Below are positions 1-10,610 of a stretch of 25,960 bases of DNA, piece after piece (position 1 is the stretch's first letter; each line of letters begins with the position of its first letter). This DNA is from Octopus sinensis (lineage: Eukaryota), in NCBI RefSeq assembly GCF_006345805.1, contig NW_021836028.1, positions 1 through 25,960 of the forward strand. Reading direction: 5' to 3'. The notes beneath the pieces were generated by a model. It saw only the letters and a list, made by a program, of their open reading frames with translations, was not told where the DNA came from and ran no database searches. A program made the position numbers and the translations under genes.

Positions 1-305
1 AGAAAGAGAGAGAGAGAGGAAGAAGAGAGAGAGAGTGAGAAGAGAGAAAGAGAAGAAGACAGGAAGAAAGAGAGGAAGGGTGAAAGAGGAGGAGTGGAAG
101 AAAGGAGGTGGGGAGAGAAATGACATTCGATTAGAAAGAAGAGAAAGAGAGAGAGAGGAGAAGAGAGAGAGAGAGTGGAGAAGAGAGAAAGAGAAGAAGA
201 CAGGAAGAAAGAGAGAGGAAGGGTGAAAGAGGAGGAGTGGAAGAAAGGGAGGTGGGGAGAGAAATGACATTCGATTAGAAAGAAGAGAAAGAGAGAGAGA
301 GGGAG
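1..305. repeat. Purine-rich (GA) tandem duplication, unit about 141-144 bp, about 2 copies
   Basis: The unique anchor TGACATTCGATTAGAAAG occurs at 121 and 265, and GACAGG at 58 and 199. The copies differ mostly by short indels. Confidence 0.85.
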
Positions 306-316
306 ATATAGTAGAT

Positions 317-319
317 AGG

Positions 320-351
<32 letters not shown>

Positions 352-396
352 CATCATCATCATCATCCTCACCATTATTTATTATTATTATTATTA

Positions 397-439
<43 letters not shown>
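317..439. repeat. (ATT)n microsatellite with internal (ATC)n
   Basis: Seen directly. Confidence 0.95.
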
Positions 440-990
440 GAGTGAGAGACCAGTGCATGCCATCAAAGTGACACTGGAGTACAAATATACGAAACCCAAT
501 ATACCCATCATGACTACCTTTCTGATAAGGGTATACCAAGCACTAGCATCACAACCAAATGTGCGCGACATGGTGGTCTAAATAAATAGCGCATGACCTT
601 GTAGGTGGGGCCCTGTTAAAACTTTCTTCAGGTCGAGTAGCCCATCCCGTTCAAAAGGTCCCTGAATAAGGGTTGTTTAAGGATGTTGAACAAAACACCC
701 ATGTTTCCAAAGGTGAATTATCCAAACTCCAAATAATTCCTCCCAACACATGGCTATGATGTTTCCCCACTACTTGTGCTCGTAATCGGAGATGCACATA
801 TCGTCGGCCACTAAGGGACATGCTCAACTGGTTGATGCCAAACAACTGACAAGCAAATTTGTGGTATTGAGCAGAATATCTGCTGTAGCCCATCTTTTAT
901 AACAAGACAAAACGATGTACATGATAACGCTTCCAATCAGCTAAGATCAGAAGCTACGAGAGCCACTGCCTGGTACCGCATCAAGGCATT
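440..990 (-). mobile_element. Putative about 550-bp non-coding interspersed element ending in an (AAT)n tail on the minus strand
   Basis: A sharply bounded complex-sequence island. The minus strand ends ...CTCTCACTC followed by (AAT)n. It has no meaningful ORF. It resembles an Octopus interspersed repeat as I recall it, which cannot be verified within the window. Confidence 0.45.
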
Positions 991-1017
991 TAGGATAATA
1001 AGTTAAAATGGGTTACC

Positions 1018-1755
1018 GATCATTGCTGTACAAGACCAGATTCTCTCTACCAATTCAGTAAAGTATAATGTCTATAAGACTTCTGATACCTAGAAATGCA
1101 GACTTTGTGAAAAGGGTGTGGAAAATGTGACTCATCTGGTAAGTGGATATGAGAGCCTTGCACAAAAGAATACAAGCGCGGCCACGATAATGTTTGTGTG
1201 TATCTTCATTGGCTCTTATGCCGTAAATACCATTATGAAGTAACAGAGAAAAGGTATGAGCATGCACCAAATAAAGTTATACAGGAGGATGGAAAAGTAA
1301 CGATAGTCTGGGACTATGATTTTCAGACGGATCGTGTAATCGAACAGCGTCGGCCGGATATTGTCATATTGAATAGGAGAGACAAATACTGTCAGATCAT
1401 TGATGTAGCTATACCAAATGACATGAATGTTGTGAGAGAAGATGTTGAAAAAATCACTGAGTACTCCGAATTGAAAGGGGAAATGGCAAGACTGTATGGA
1501 ATGCGAGAAGGAAATGGAAAAGTTATACCAGTGGTGATTGGAACGTTGGGCTCAATCCCATTGAAATTTCAAAAATTCTTAAGGCAACTGGAAATCCCAT
1601 GTAAGATTGATGTCTTGCAAAAAGCTGCCTTATTGGCCACGGCGTACATCTTAAGGAAAGTATTATTTGTCAAAGGTCCTTGTTGTGACTTGACATATGA
1701 CTAAAGACTACGGTTCATTTTTACCTACACTGTGTTACAAAAGAATAATAATAAT
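1018..1755 (+). mobile_element. R4/Dong-like RLE non-LTR retrotransposon, 5'-truncated 3' fragment (family A, copy 1)
   Basis: Translates as IAVQDQ...*KCRLC...ENVTHLVSG (zinc knuckle), YKRGHD, LHWLLC, then RLE motifs RRPDIV, IIDVAIP, EKITEY, IPVVIGTLG, LQKAALL (ORF 1198-1704). A short 3' UTR and AATAATAATAAT tail follow. Confidence 0.92.
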
Positions 1756-2463
1756 GGTTTGTGTCTTCTGGTTTAAAATCACAGACAGAAGGGTTTATCA
1801 TAACAGCCCAAGATTAATGCCTACCTACAAGGAGCTTCCAGGCTAGCATATTAAAGAACAGCAGTAGCCCACCATGTTGCGTATCTAAACAACAAAATGA
1901 AACCATTGATCATGTCTCCATATGCTGTCTTCTTGCACCTACAGAGTATCTCAAGAGGCATGATAGAGCTGCACAATATATTCACTGGGTAATTTGCAAA
2001 AGCCAGGACTTGCCCTATGATAAAAACTGGTGAGAACACAAACCACCTCCAATGCTTGAAAATAACCACATCTCTCTCTTCTGAAACTTCACCGTTCGAA
2101 CTGACAGAAAGATAGATGCGATTAGGCCAGACATTATATTGAGGGACTTGAGACAAAAATCATGCCTCCTCATTGATAAGACTGTCCCAATCGACATAAA
2201 TGTATCTGTCAAGACCTACCACAAACTGAGCAAATATAAAGACCTTGAAATAGAAATTGGCAAAATGTGGAACCTGAAGACTAAAACAATACCTGTTGTC
2301 ATAGGTGCCCTGGGAATGATAGCAAAAGGGGCTGATTGCTACCTAGCTCAGATACCAAGAAATCCAAAAATGGCAGAAATTCAAAAAAATAGTGCTCATG
2401 AGAATTGCCCATACCCTACATAATATACTGTCTACGTAATCCCAAATTTTAAAACAAATTTAT
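1755..2463 (+). mobile_element. R4/Dong-like RLE non-LTR retrotransposon 3' fragment (family B, copy 1), degraded
   Basis: GLKSQTEGFIITAQD, decayed zinc knuckle, EYLKRHD, IHWVIC, RPDIIL, KLSKYKDLEIEIGKMWNLKTKTIPVVIGALG (ORF 2139-2423). Contains stops and frameshifts and starts right after (AAT)n. Confidence 0.9.
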
Positions 2464-2576
2464 AATATTCGTACATTAAAGCAAGTTGATGTGTACGTGT
2501 TCAAGACATTCGAGTGAATTATTCACTCGAATGTCTTGCTCTCGTACAAACAAACGTGCTTTAATGTACGAATATT
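2464..2576. repeat. 113-bp fold-back palindrome centred on 2520
   Basis: 2464-2483 is the exact reverse complement of 2557-2576, and 2502-2519 of 2521-2538. The middle 18 bp match 11/18. Loop is 1 nt. Confidence 0.95.
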
Positions 2577-2643
2577 CTTTCGTGGTTTCAGGCTTCGACT
2601 GCCATTTTTAGCATGTAAGAAATCCACATGGTAGTTTTCTCTA

Positions 2644-2678
2644 AATATAATAGTGTATGTTTCACACACTATTATATT
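2644..2678. repeat. Small inverted repeat, 13-bp arms
   Basis: AATATAATAGTGT / ACACTATTATATT with a 9-nt spacer. Confidence 0.85.
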
Positions 2679-2781
2679 AAAAAATATTTGTCATCTGACT
2701 CTTATTACGTATGCTGGCCCCTAGTAAATAATTATTTAATAATTTTTATCGTTATATTTATATTAATCATATATATATATT

Positions 2782-2893
2782 GTTATCACCAAGCTAATAT
2801 GGCAATCCATAAAAATAGGACGAATGCTGTCGTTGATTAGCACGGCAGCATTCGTCCTATTTTTCTGGACTGCTATGTTAGCTTGGTGATAAC
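2782..2893. repeat. Fold-back hairpin, 52-bp arms, 8-nt loop
   Basis: 2782-2833 versus the reverse complement of 2842-2893 shows 5 mismatches. Loop is TGATTAGC. Confidence 0.95.
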
Positions 2894-2942
2894 TATTAAT
2901 ACCCAGTACTGCTACCGTAGTCTCCTTTCAGAGAGATTTTGA

Positions 2943-3033
<91 letters not shown>

Positions 3034-3042
3034 TAGATAGAT
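2943..3042. repeat. Compound (AAT)n-(TA)n-(GATA)n microsatellite
   Basis: Seen directly. Confidence 0.95.
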
Positions 3043-3080
3043 AAGAAAGTTGGTTTGTGAAAGCACGTGGTTGAATATAT

Positions 3081-3199
3081 AGAAAATAGTAAAAAGTGAA
3101 AAAACTACAGAAGGGTTGTTTTAAAAGGTTAAAAATATTTTAACCTATATTTTTTAACCTTTTAAAACAAGCCTTCTGTAGTTTTTTCACTTTTTACTA

Positions 3200-3205
<6 letters not shown>
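3081..3205. repeat. Fold-back hairpin, 55-bp arms, 15-nt loop
   Basis: 3081-3135 versus the reverse complement of 3151-3205 shows 1 mismatch. Confidence 0.95.
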
Positions 3206-3244
<39 letters not shown>

Positions 3245-3315
3245 ATATATATATATATATAGATATAATATATATATTATATATATAATATATATATATT
3301 ATATATATATATATA
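3203..3315. repeat. (CT)n-(TA)n microsatellite
   Basis: Seen directly. Confidence 0.95.
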
Positions 3316-3445
3316 ACCTAAAGAATAAAAAGTATAGTTGACCATGGCGAGAATTTGGGTTCAGAACAGAGAAGGGTCAGAGGGAGTGTCGTGAGTATTT
3401 TTCTCCAGAAATCTAATGACAGCCGATCTACCGTCTTGAAAAACA

Positions 3446-3493
3446 CCAAGCCTTGTGAGTGGATTTGGTAGACAGCAACCGAAAGAAGTCTGT
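3446..3493 (+). mobile_element. SINE family 1 internal fragment
   Basis: AAGCCTTGTGAGTGGATTTGGTAGAC matches 3791-3816 and the copy near 14690. Confidence 0.8.
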
Positions 3494-3536
3494 ATAAATA
3501 TATATACATACATCAACATACATATATATATATAAT

Positions 3537-3635
<99 letters not shown>

Positions 3636-3696
3636 CATATTATATATTATATATAATATTATATATATATATATATTATATATATAATATATGTAT
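3494..3696. repeat. (TA)n microsatellite
   Basis: Seen directly. Confidence 0.95.
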
Positions 3697-3846
3697 GTAG
3701 TAGCTTGCTTACCAACCACATGGTTTCGGATTCAGTCCCACTGCGTGGCACCTTGGGCAAGTGTGTTCTACTACAGCCTCGGGCCGACCAAAGCCTTGTG
3801 AGTGGATTTGGTAGACGGAAACTGAAAGAATTCTGTCTTATGTATG

Positions 3847-3884
<38 letters not shown>

Positions 3885-4104
3885 CGTGCGTGTGCGTGTT
3901 TCTCACCCCCCCCCCCCCATCGCTTGACAACTGATGCTGGAGTATTTACGTCCCCGAAACTTAGCGGTTCGGCAAAAGAGACAGGTAGAATAAGTACTAG
4001 GCTTACAAAGAATAAGTCCTGATGTCGACTTATTTGTTCGACTAAAGGCGGCACTCTAGCATGGCCGCAGTAAAATGACTGAAACAAGTAAAAGAATAAA
4101 AGAA
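3697..4104 (+). mobile_element. tRNA-derived SINE family 1, near full length
   Basis: B-box-like GGTTTCGGATTCAGTCCC, central CACCTTGGGCAAGTG, internal (TA)(TG) tract and 3' end GACTGAAACAAGTAAAAGAATAAAAG. Homologous copies lie at 10611, 14641 and 16957. Confidence 0.88.
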
Positions 4105-4176
4105 CAAAGGAATATACACATTCTATAACCATGTAGCCATTGACACCTTTCAATTTTTCGTACTCATATACTTTCT

Positions 4177-4340
4177 TTTCGCCTGTCTTATGTTCTGAGT
4201 TCAAATACCGCCGAGGTCGACTTTGCCTTTCATCCTTTTGGGGTCGATAAATTAAGTACCAGTTGCGTACTGGGGTCGATCTAATCGATTGCCCGCCCCC
4301 CCAAAAAAAATTTCGGGCCTTGTGCCTAGAGTAGAAAAGA
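4177..4340 (+). mobile_element. tRNA-derived SINE family 2, 5'-truncated
   Basis: GTTCTGAGTTCAAAT (B-box-like), GTCGACTTTGCCTTTCATCC and 3' end GTGCCTAGAGTAGAAAAG. Homologous copies lie at 7349, 22926, 23202 and 24344. Confidence 0.88.
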
Positions 4341-4629
4341 AAGAAAAATGCTCATATACTTTCTTAGTTTCTGACTTCCTCATTCATGTTATATTTTAAA
4401 GTATTTTCACGTGTGGAATTTACTTATGTTTAACTACTAAAAGGAATTTCATAACCCCTTTTAATATCTTTATGAAATGAGTGTTGCTCCTTACGACCCA
4501 TCTTAGATTATCAGGAACTCTTTTAATACTAGAGTGAAATAAATATTGTGGTTCATATGATGATTGACTAAATGCCCTGAAGATTGTGCTCCAGTTTGCC
4601 ATGTTTGAAAGCTGATGAATATATATAGG

Positions 4630-4915
4630 GTAAAGAACCCCTTCTGTCATGATCGACCATGGGATTGCACCTAGAAAGTTCATCGCTGAGGCACAAGCCC
4701 GGGCAAGGTTGTTTATGGAAGACCAGCAGTGTCCCCTTTCTATGCCACCGATGTTATCCAAGTGACGTCGCAACTCATATTTACAGCTGAGTGAAGTGGA
4801 CAACGTGAAATAAAGTGTCTTGCTCAAGAACACAACACACACCCCGGGCCAGGAATCAAAACTCTCCACCTCATTATTGTGAGTACAACGCTCTAACCAC
4901 TGAGCCATGCACCTC
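4630..4915 (-). mobile_element. tRNA-derived SINE family 3
   Basis: Minus-strand head GGTGCATGGCTCAGTGGTTAGAGCG (A box) and TTTTGATTCC (degenerate B box), then a GTGTTCTTGAGCAAGACACTT central domain typical of metazoan SINEs. Confidence 0.78.
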
Positions 4916-4947
4916 TACGTAAACAAATAAATATATGAATGAATGAG

Positions 4948-4977
<30 letters not shown>

Positions 4978-4978
<1 letters not shown>

Positions 4979-5480
4979 CGTAAATCCTCGAGTATAGTCC
5001 GCCCTTGAGTATAATACGGAGGGGATTTTTACCTCTGAAAAACCTAAACCTTGTGTATAATACGCACCCCTTCTCTAACTTGAGTCAAGGAGGTCTATAT
5101 GACGTCCTTGGTTTGGAAAAATGTATACGGTAACGTCTTTTGTTATTATTGTACATATAACATCATGCAAACGTGTAGCTTTTTTGTGCATTTTGTTTGC
5201 AGAAAATAAAGAAATAACAGTAATAACGTTTAATAAATGTTGCTTACTGCAAGTTATGGATGATTTTTTAATGACTTCATTGCTTTCAGGCTTAGCTTAA
5301 GGTATTTTCACGCCCGACAACACAAAATGCGTATGATTAAACATTGCCGGATAGCAAATAGAGACTCGGACATTGCTTAGAAAATGATTTTCATTTTTAA
5401 CCTCGTATATAGTACGTACTAGGGATTTTGACCATTAAATTTTGGGGCAAAAAATGCGGATTATACTCGAGGATTTACGG
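4978..5480. mobile_element. Non-autonomous Tc1/mariner-superfamily DNA transposon (MITE), 503 bp
   Basis: 25-bp TIRs ACGTAAATCCTCGAGTATAGTCCGC (4978-5002) and GCGGATTATACTCGAGGATTTACGG (5456-5480) with 2 mismatches. TA flanks both sides (4976-4977, 5481-5482). Subterminal GTATAATACG repeats are present and there is no transposase ORF. Confidence 0.88.
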
Positions 5481-5904
5481 TATATAAAGGCACGGTTCTA
5501 AAGACAGACTCATATTTAGAAACAAGAAATAAAGAGAGTTGTAGACGATGGTGATGTTTGTCTTCGAATCAAATAAAACTAGATTCCAGCTGTGACCATC
5601 ACAAGTTTTCCTATGTAAATAAGATCAACAATCACATTATGCAAGGTGTCTTTATGTAAGGCTAGATGAAGTGGGATTTTAGGGAGATTGAGTTGATATT
5701 TCTAGCGGGTCATGTGCCTGCACCGAGGGTTTCTTATTGGTTCGTGCAGACACGGTGTGGTAACCATGTGTAGAAAATGTAGAAAAGTGACGGGAAATGT
5801 ATTTTCTTTTTCTTTTTCTCGCTCCAAAAAATGAGAATATAAATCATTTCTTAATACATCTTTTGTGAAATAACAACATTGAAAACTCATTTGAGAGTTG
5901 TTAT

Positions 5905-6610
<706 letters not shown>

Positions 6611-6808
6611 TTGATAGGTATGGATATATAGACGTACGCACGCCGGATGTGCATTTGCTTGTGTGTGTGTATGTGTATACGATAGAATTTACGGCTCGTT
6701 GCACACCGCAAATTTTTTTGAGTCATCATTAAGATGCAAAGCTGGAAAAGCAAAAGGAAAACGGAAAACAAATACTGTCAAAATGGCGTCATTAATCACA
6801 ATTTTGCC

Positions 6809-6821
6809 TACACACACACAT

Positions 6822-6869
<48 letters not shown>

Positions 6870-7080
6870 ACACACACACACATACACGCACATACACGCA
6901 CATATATATTTAGATATGTGTATATATGTATGTATGTATGTATATGTATATATGAGAATATATGAAAAAATATGTATATACACATGTATCTATAATTTAC
7001 ACATATACACACACATACGTATATACATAATTATATATAAACATGCACACACACGTATATACACATATACATTATGCCTG

Positions 7081-7112
<32 letters not shown>

Positions 7113-7170
7113 CATATACACACGCACATGCATCCATGCACACCCCTATACACGCGTACACACGCATATA
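6809..7170. repeat. (CA)n/(TA)n microsatellite field
   Basis: Seen directly. Confidence 0.95.
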
Positions 7171-7273
7171 TTTTTAATTTTTAAGATATCAAGCCTGGGG
7201 AAAGAAAAGCAATTATATTCTCTTCTTGAAATCAGTGAAAGGAAACATTGAAAAGAAAATAATGACTGAAATT

Positions 7274-7275
<2 letters not shown>

Positions 7276-7321
<46 letters not shown>

Positions 7322-7348
7322 TATTATTATTATTATTATTATTATTAT
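7276..7348. repeat. (AAT)n immediately followed by (TAT)n, self-complementary
   Basis: Seen directly; the switch is at 7320/7321. Confidence 0.95.
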
Positions 7349-7514
7349 GGTTTCAAATTTTGCCACAAGGGCATCAATTTTGGGGGAGGAGGGGATGAGT
7401 CGATTACATCGACCTCAGGGTTCAATCGGTACTTGTTTTATCTACCCCGAAAGGATGAAAGGTAAAGTCGACCTCGGAGGAATTTGAACCAAGATTCTGC
7501 CAGCTCGCCGCCTT
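7349..7514 (-). mobile_element. tRNA-derived SINE family 2 with internal deletion
   Basis: Minus strand GGCGGCGAGCTGGCAGAATC is joined to GGTTCAAATTCCTCCGAGGTCGACTTT, matching the copies at 22926 and 24344. Confidence 0.85.
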
Positions 7515-7573
7515 AATAATAATAATAATAATAGTGTTAGTAGTAGTAGTAGTCGTAGTAGTAGTAGTAGTAT

Positions 7574-7624
<51 letters not shown>

Positions 7625-7647
7625 AAGAAGTAGTAGTAGTAGTAGTA

Positions 7648-7698
<51 letters not shown>
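7514..7698. repeat. (AAT)n-(AGT)n-(AAT)n trinucleotide array
   Basis: Seen directly. Confidence 0.95.
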
Positions 7699-7700
<2 letters not shown>

Positions 7701-8340
7701 CAGTAACAAAACAGGTAAAGGAATATCTAAGTGAATTCCGAATACAACAAATTTCGGAATTAGACATACGAGAAACAAGCGCAGACAAAGCTAAGCGCAT
7801 GAAAACCCATGCTAAAACTGCTGCTTTAGATATTGTGACTGATAAATGGCAAGAAAAACCTCTCAATGGCAAATACCCAAAGAGAGCGAATAATGCCGAT
7901 GTTGACAAAGCCCTGACCCATCAATAGCTAATGGCCTCTGGCTTAAAATCTCAAACAGAAGGGTTTATCATAGCAGCGCAAGATCAATGCTTAACAACAA
8001 GAAACTAGCTGGCCAACATATTAAAGAACGGCAGTAGCCCAACATGTCGTGTATGTCAACAACAAAATGAAACTATCGATCATGTTGTCTCCAAGTGCAG
8101 TCTTCTTGCACATACAGAGTATCTCAACAGACATGATAGAACAGTACAATATATTCACTGGGTAATTTGCAAAAGCCAGGACTTGCCCTATGATAAAAAC
8201 TGGTGGGAACACAAACTACCTCCAGTGCTTGAAAATGATCACATCTCACTCCTCTGGAACTTCACCATTCAAACTGACAGAAAGATAGATGCGCATAGAC
8301 CAGACATTATATTGAAGGACTTGAGATAAAAATCATGCCT
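7699..8340 (+). mobile_element. R4/Dong-like retrotransposon fragment (family B, copy 2): post-RT linker, zinc knuckle, start of RLE
   Basis: KWQEKPLNGKY, GLKSQTEGFIIAAQDQCL, CRVCQQQNETIDHVVSKC, RHDR, IHWVIC, RPDIIL. 7935-8340 aligns closely with 1770-2167. Confidence 0.92.
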
Positions 8341-10270
8341 TCCATGGAAGAAGTTGGAAACTTCTGGAAGATCATCTAGAGTGACGAGAAGACAATAAAA
8401 ATGCAGACTGGATTAGACGTACAGAAGGATCCTACGAAAGCTTACCAGAACAAGCATGGGAAGACACCACAATAGCAGACCTAAGAATGACACTCACGAA
8501 AGCTCATAAGTGAAAATCCCCTGGTAATGATAGGGTGCCAAATTTCTGGCTTACCTAACTCCCGTACGCGCACGAAATGTTAGTTCAGTTACACCTGATT
8601 GGTTAGCGAAAGGTATTACTTACCTACTCCCGAAGAATAATGAAACCAAATTTCCCCAAAACTATCGGCCCATAGCATATCTGTCTACCTCGTATAAACT
8701 TTTAACGTCCATTCTCGTGGAGAAAACATACAAATTTATGGAACAGAACGATATTTTCCCCACTGAAGAAAAGGGTTGCCGACGAGGCTCATATGGATGC
8801 AGAGACCAACTCTTAATCAATCCCATGATCTTTGAGAACTGTCATATCAAACGCAGAAACCTCAGATCTGCATGGAGTGATTATAAAAAGGACCTCGACA
8901 GCATACCGCATTCATGAATCTAGAAATCGCTGGATATTTTCAAAATTTCTCCTGTGATTTTAAACTTCCACATGTCAATTTGGAATACGAATCTCCAACT
9001 ATACCACTCTAACAGAGTACTGACTACGAACAAATATTAATATCAACTGCAGCACTTTCCAAAGTAAGTCACTTTCTCCGTTAATTTTCTGCATAGCCTT
9101 AATACCTCTTGCAAGTGAACTTAACAGAACACGGTATGGATGTAAAATTGGCGATAAGAAAATAAGTCATCTATTTTATATTGATGATTTAAAACTCTAT
9201 GACAAAGACGATAAGCTTGAAGGACTACTACGTACTGTGAAAGCATTCAGTGATGACATTGGGACGGAATTTGGTCTTGAAAGATGCGCCAAGGCCACTT
9301 TCCAGAAAGGGAAACTGAAGACCCCACATTCAGTGGAGTTGGATGTTGACACAGTCATAAAAGAACCCGAGCAGGAACAAACTCGCAAATACCTCGGAAT
9401 AAATGATGACTGGCATTCAGCATGCAAGCATGAAAGAGTAAAAACAGGTAGGAGTGTTACAGAGGAGTTCGAGCAGTCCTAAAATCCAAGTTAAATGCGC
9501 GTAACAAGGTGTTAGCTATAAATTCCTTAGTAGTTCCGGTTGTTATTTACAGTTTCAATGTGTTGAACTAGAATATGAGCGAAATAAGAAAGATGGAAAG
9601 GAAATTCCGTAACTTGCTGACTTGCAATAAGATGCAACGCCTAAAGGCAGGCGTAGATCGTCTTTACCTACTCAGAGCTCAAGGAAGTCGAGGCTTGATC
9701 CAATTTGAAAAACGTATGAAGCTACATTCTGTTATGAAGGAGAGCAAAATATTTTCAGGTTGAACAGCATGATGGAAGTGTGGCAACTGTAGATGCAAAG
9801 AATGTTAAATCAATAGGAAAGCAAAATGCGTTTGAACAATTGTCTGATAGGTGGGAACCAAAACCTCTGAATGGCAAATATGTGGCCAGTAGCAAACAAG
9901 CTGATGTATATCAGAAGTACACTCATCAGTGGCTACGGAGCTCAGGGCTAAAGACAGAGAGTGAAGGCTTTATCTTGGCTGCCGAAGATCAGAGCTTATT
10001 GACCCAGAACAATCAAACCAATGTGATGAATATGGTGCCGACCCAAAGTGCTGATACTGCAACGATGGGATAGAAACAGTGAACCGCCCAATCTCTGGAT
10101 GTAAGGTTTTAGCACCTGTAGAGTACAAATCAAGACATGACAGAGTTGGCCAATATCTACACTGGATAATGTGTCGGCGTTATAAAATCAAAACTGATGA
10201 CAAATGGTACAGGTACCATCCTGAGGCTGTAACTGAGGGAGAAAATGTAACTATTCTTTGGGACTTCCCA
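8341..10270 (+). mobile_element. R4/Dong-like retrotransposon (family C): decayed reverse transcriptase, thumb and zinc knuckle, truncated at the start of RLE
   Basis: KSPGNDRVPNFWL, LLPK...NYRPI, KGCRRGSYGCRDQLLIN, DYKKDLDSIPH, SLSPLIFCIALIPL, SHLFYIDDLKLY (YxDD), FGLERCA, KYLGI, GSRGL, LKTESEGFILAAEDQ, EYKSRHDRVGQYLHW, ILWDFP. Many stops and frameshifts. Confidence 0.93.
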
Positions 10271-10610
10271 AAGAGATATGTTACTTTTCTTTTTGATTAT
10301 CCTTCAGACAAGAAGGCACTCTCCCTCATAATATACCTCTTTTATATTAGTCCTCAAATGTTATATAAGTTATGAAAAAGCAGAGCTATATATATATATA
10401 TCCCATTTTGGTAATCTATTGTACAGTTAACGAAAAATATATTGGGAGGTAATAACTCTGAGAAAGTAGCGGTCGATGGTGAATGTAAATTGTTCCTTTG
10501 ACATGGTTGTCAGAAACTATATAAGATAAAACAAAAATAATTAGCCATTATGCATTAAGGTAATATAGGTAATGGTAATGAATATAGTTTTGAAACTATA
10601 TAAGTAATTA

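Noticed and set aside
35-226. Charged R/E/K-rich ORF
   Set aside because: Translation of the GA-rich tandem repeat.
1198-1704. 168-aa PD-(D/E)xK nuclease-like ORF as a standalone nuclease or defence gene
   Set aside because: It is the RLE domain of a truncated non-LTR retrotransposon, with an upstream stop, frameshift, 3' UTR and tail.
2464-3205. CRISPR array or intrinsic terminators
   Set aside because: No repeated unit with spacers, the hairpins are unrelated to each other, and the context is eukaryotic.
4577-4620. CTGAAGA and CTGATGA hammerhead cores
   Set aside because: No stem II or GAAA-stem III geometry. The region looks like a decayed SINE-1 tail.
4840-4915. tRNA gene on the minus strand
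   Set aside because: A and B boxes are present but the cloverleaf is degenerate and runs into SINE body sequence.
7422-7908. Poly-T/I/V/Y ORFs, and likewise poly-R/K at 23232-23490 and poly-N/Y/I at 24064-25594
   Set aside because: Trinucleotide repeats.
8717-9482. Reverse transcriptase as a retron, DGR or group II intron system
   Set aside because: The motifs and the downstream knuckle/RLE are those of eukaryotic R4/Dong LINEs, and the frame is broken many times.
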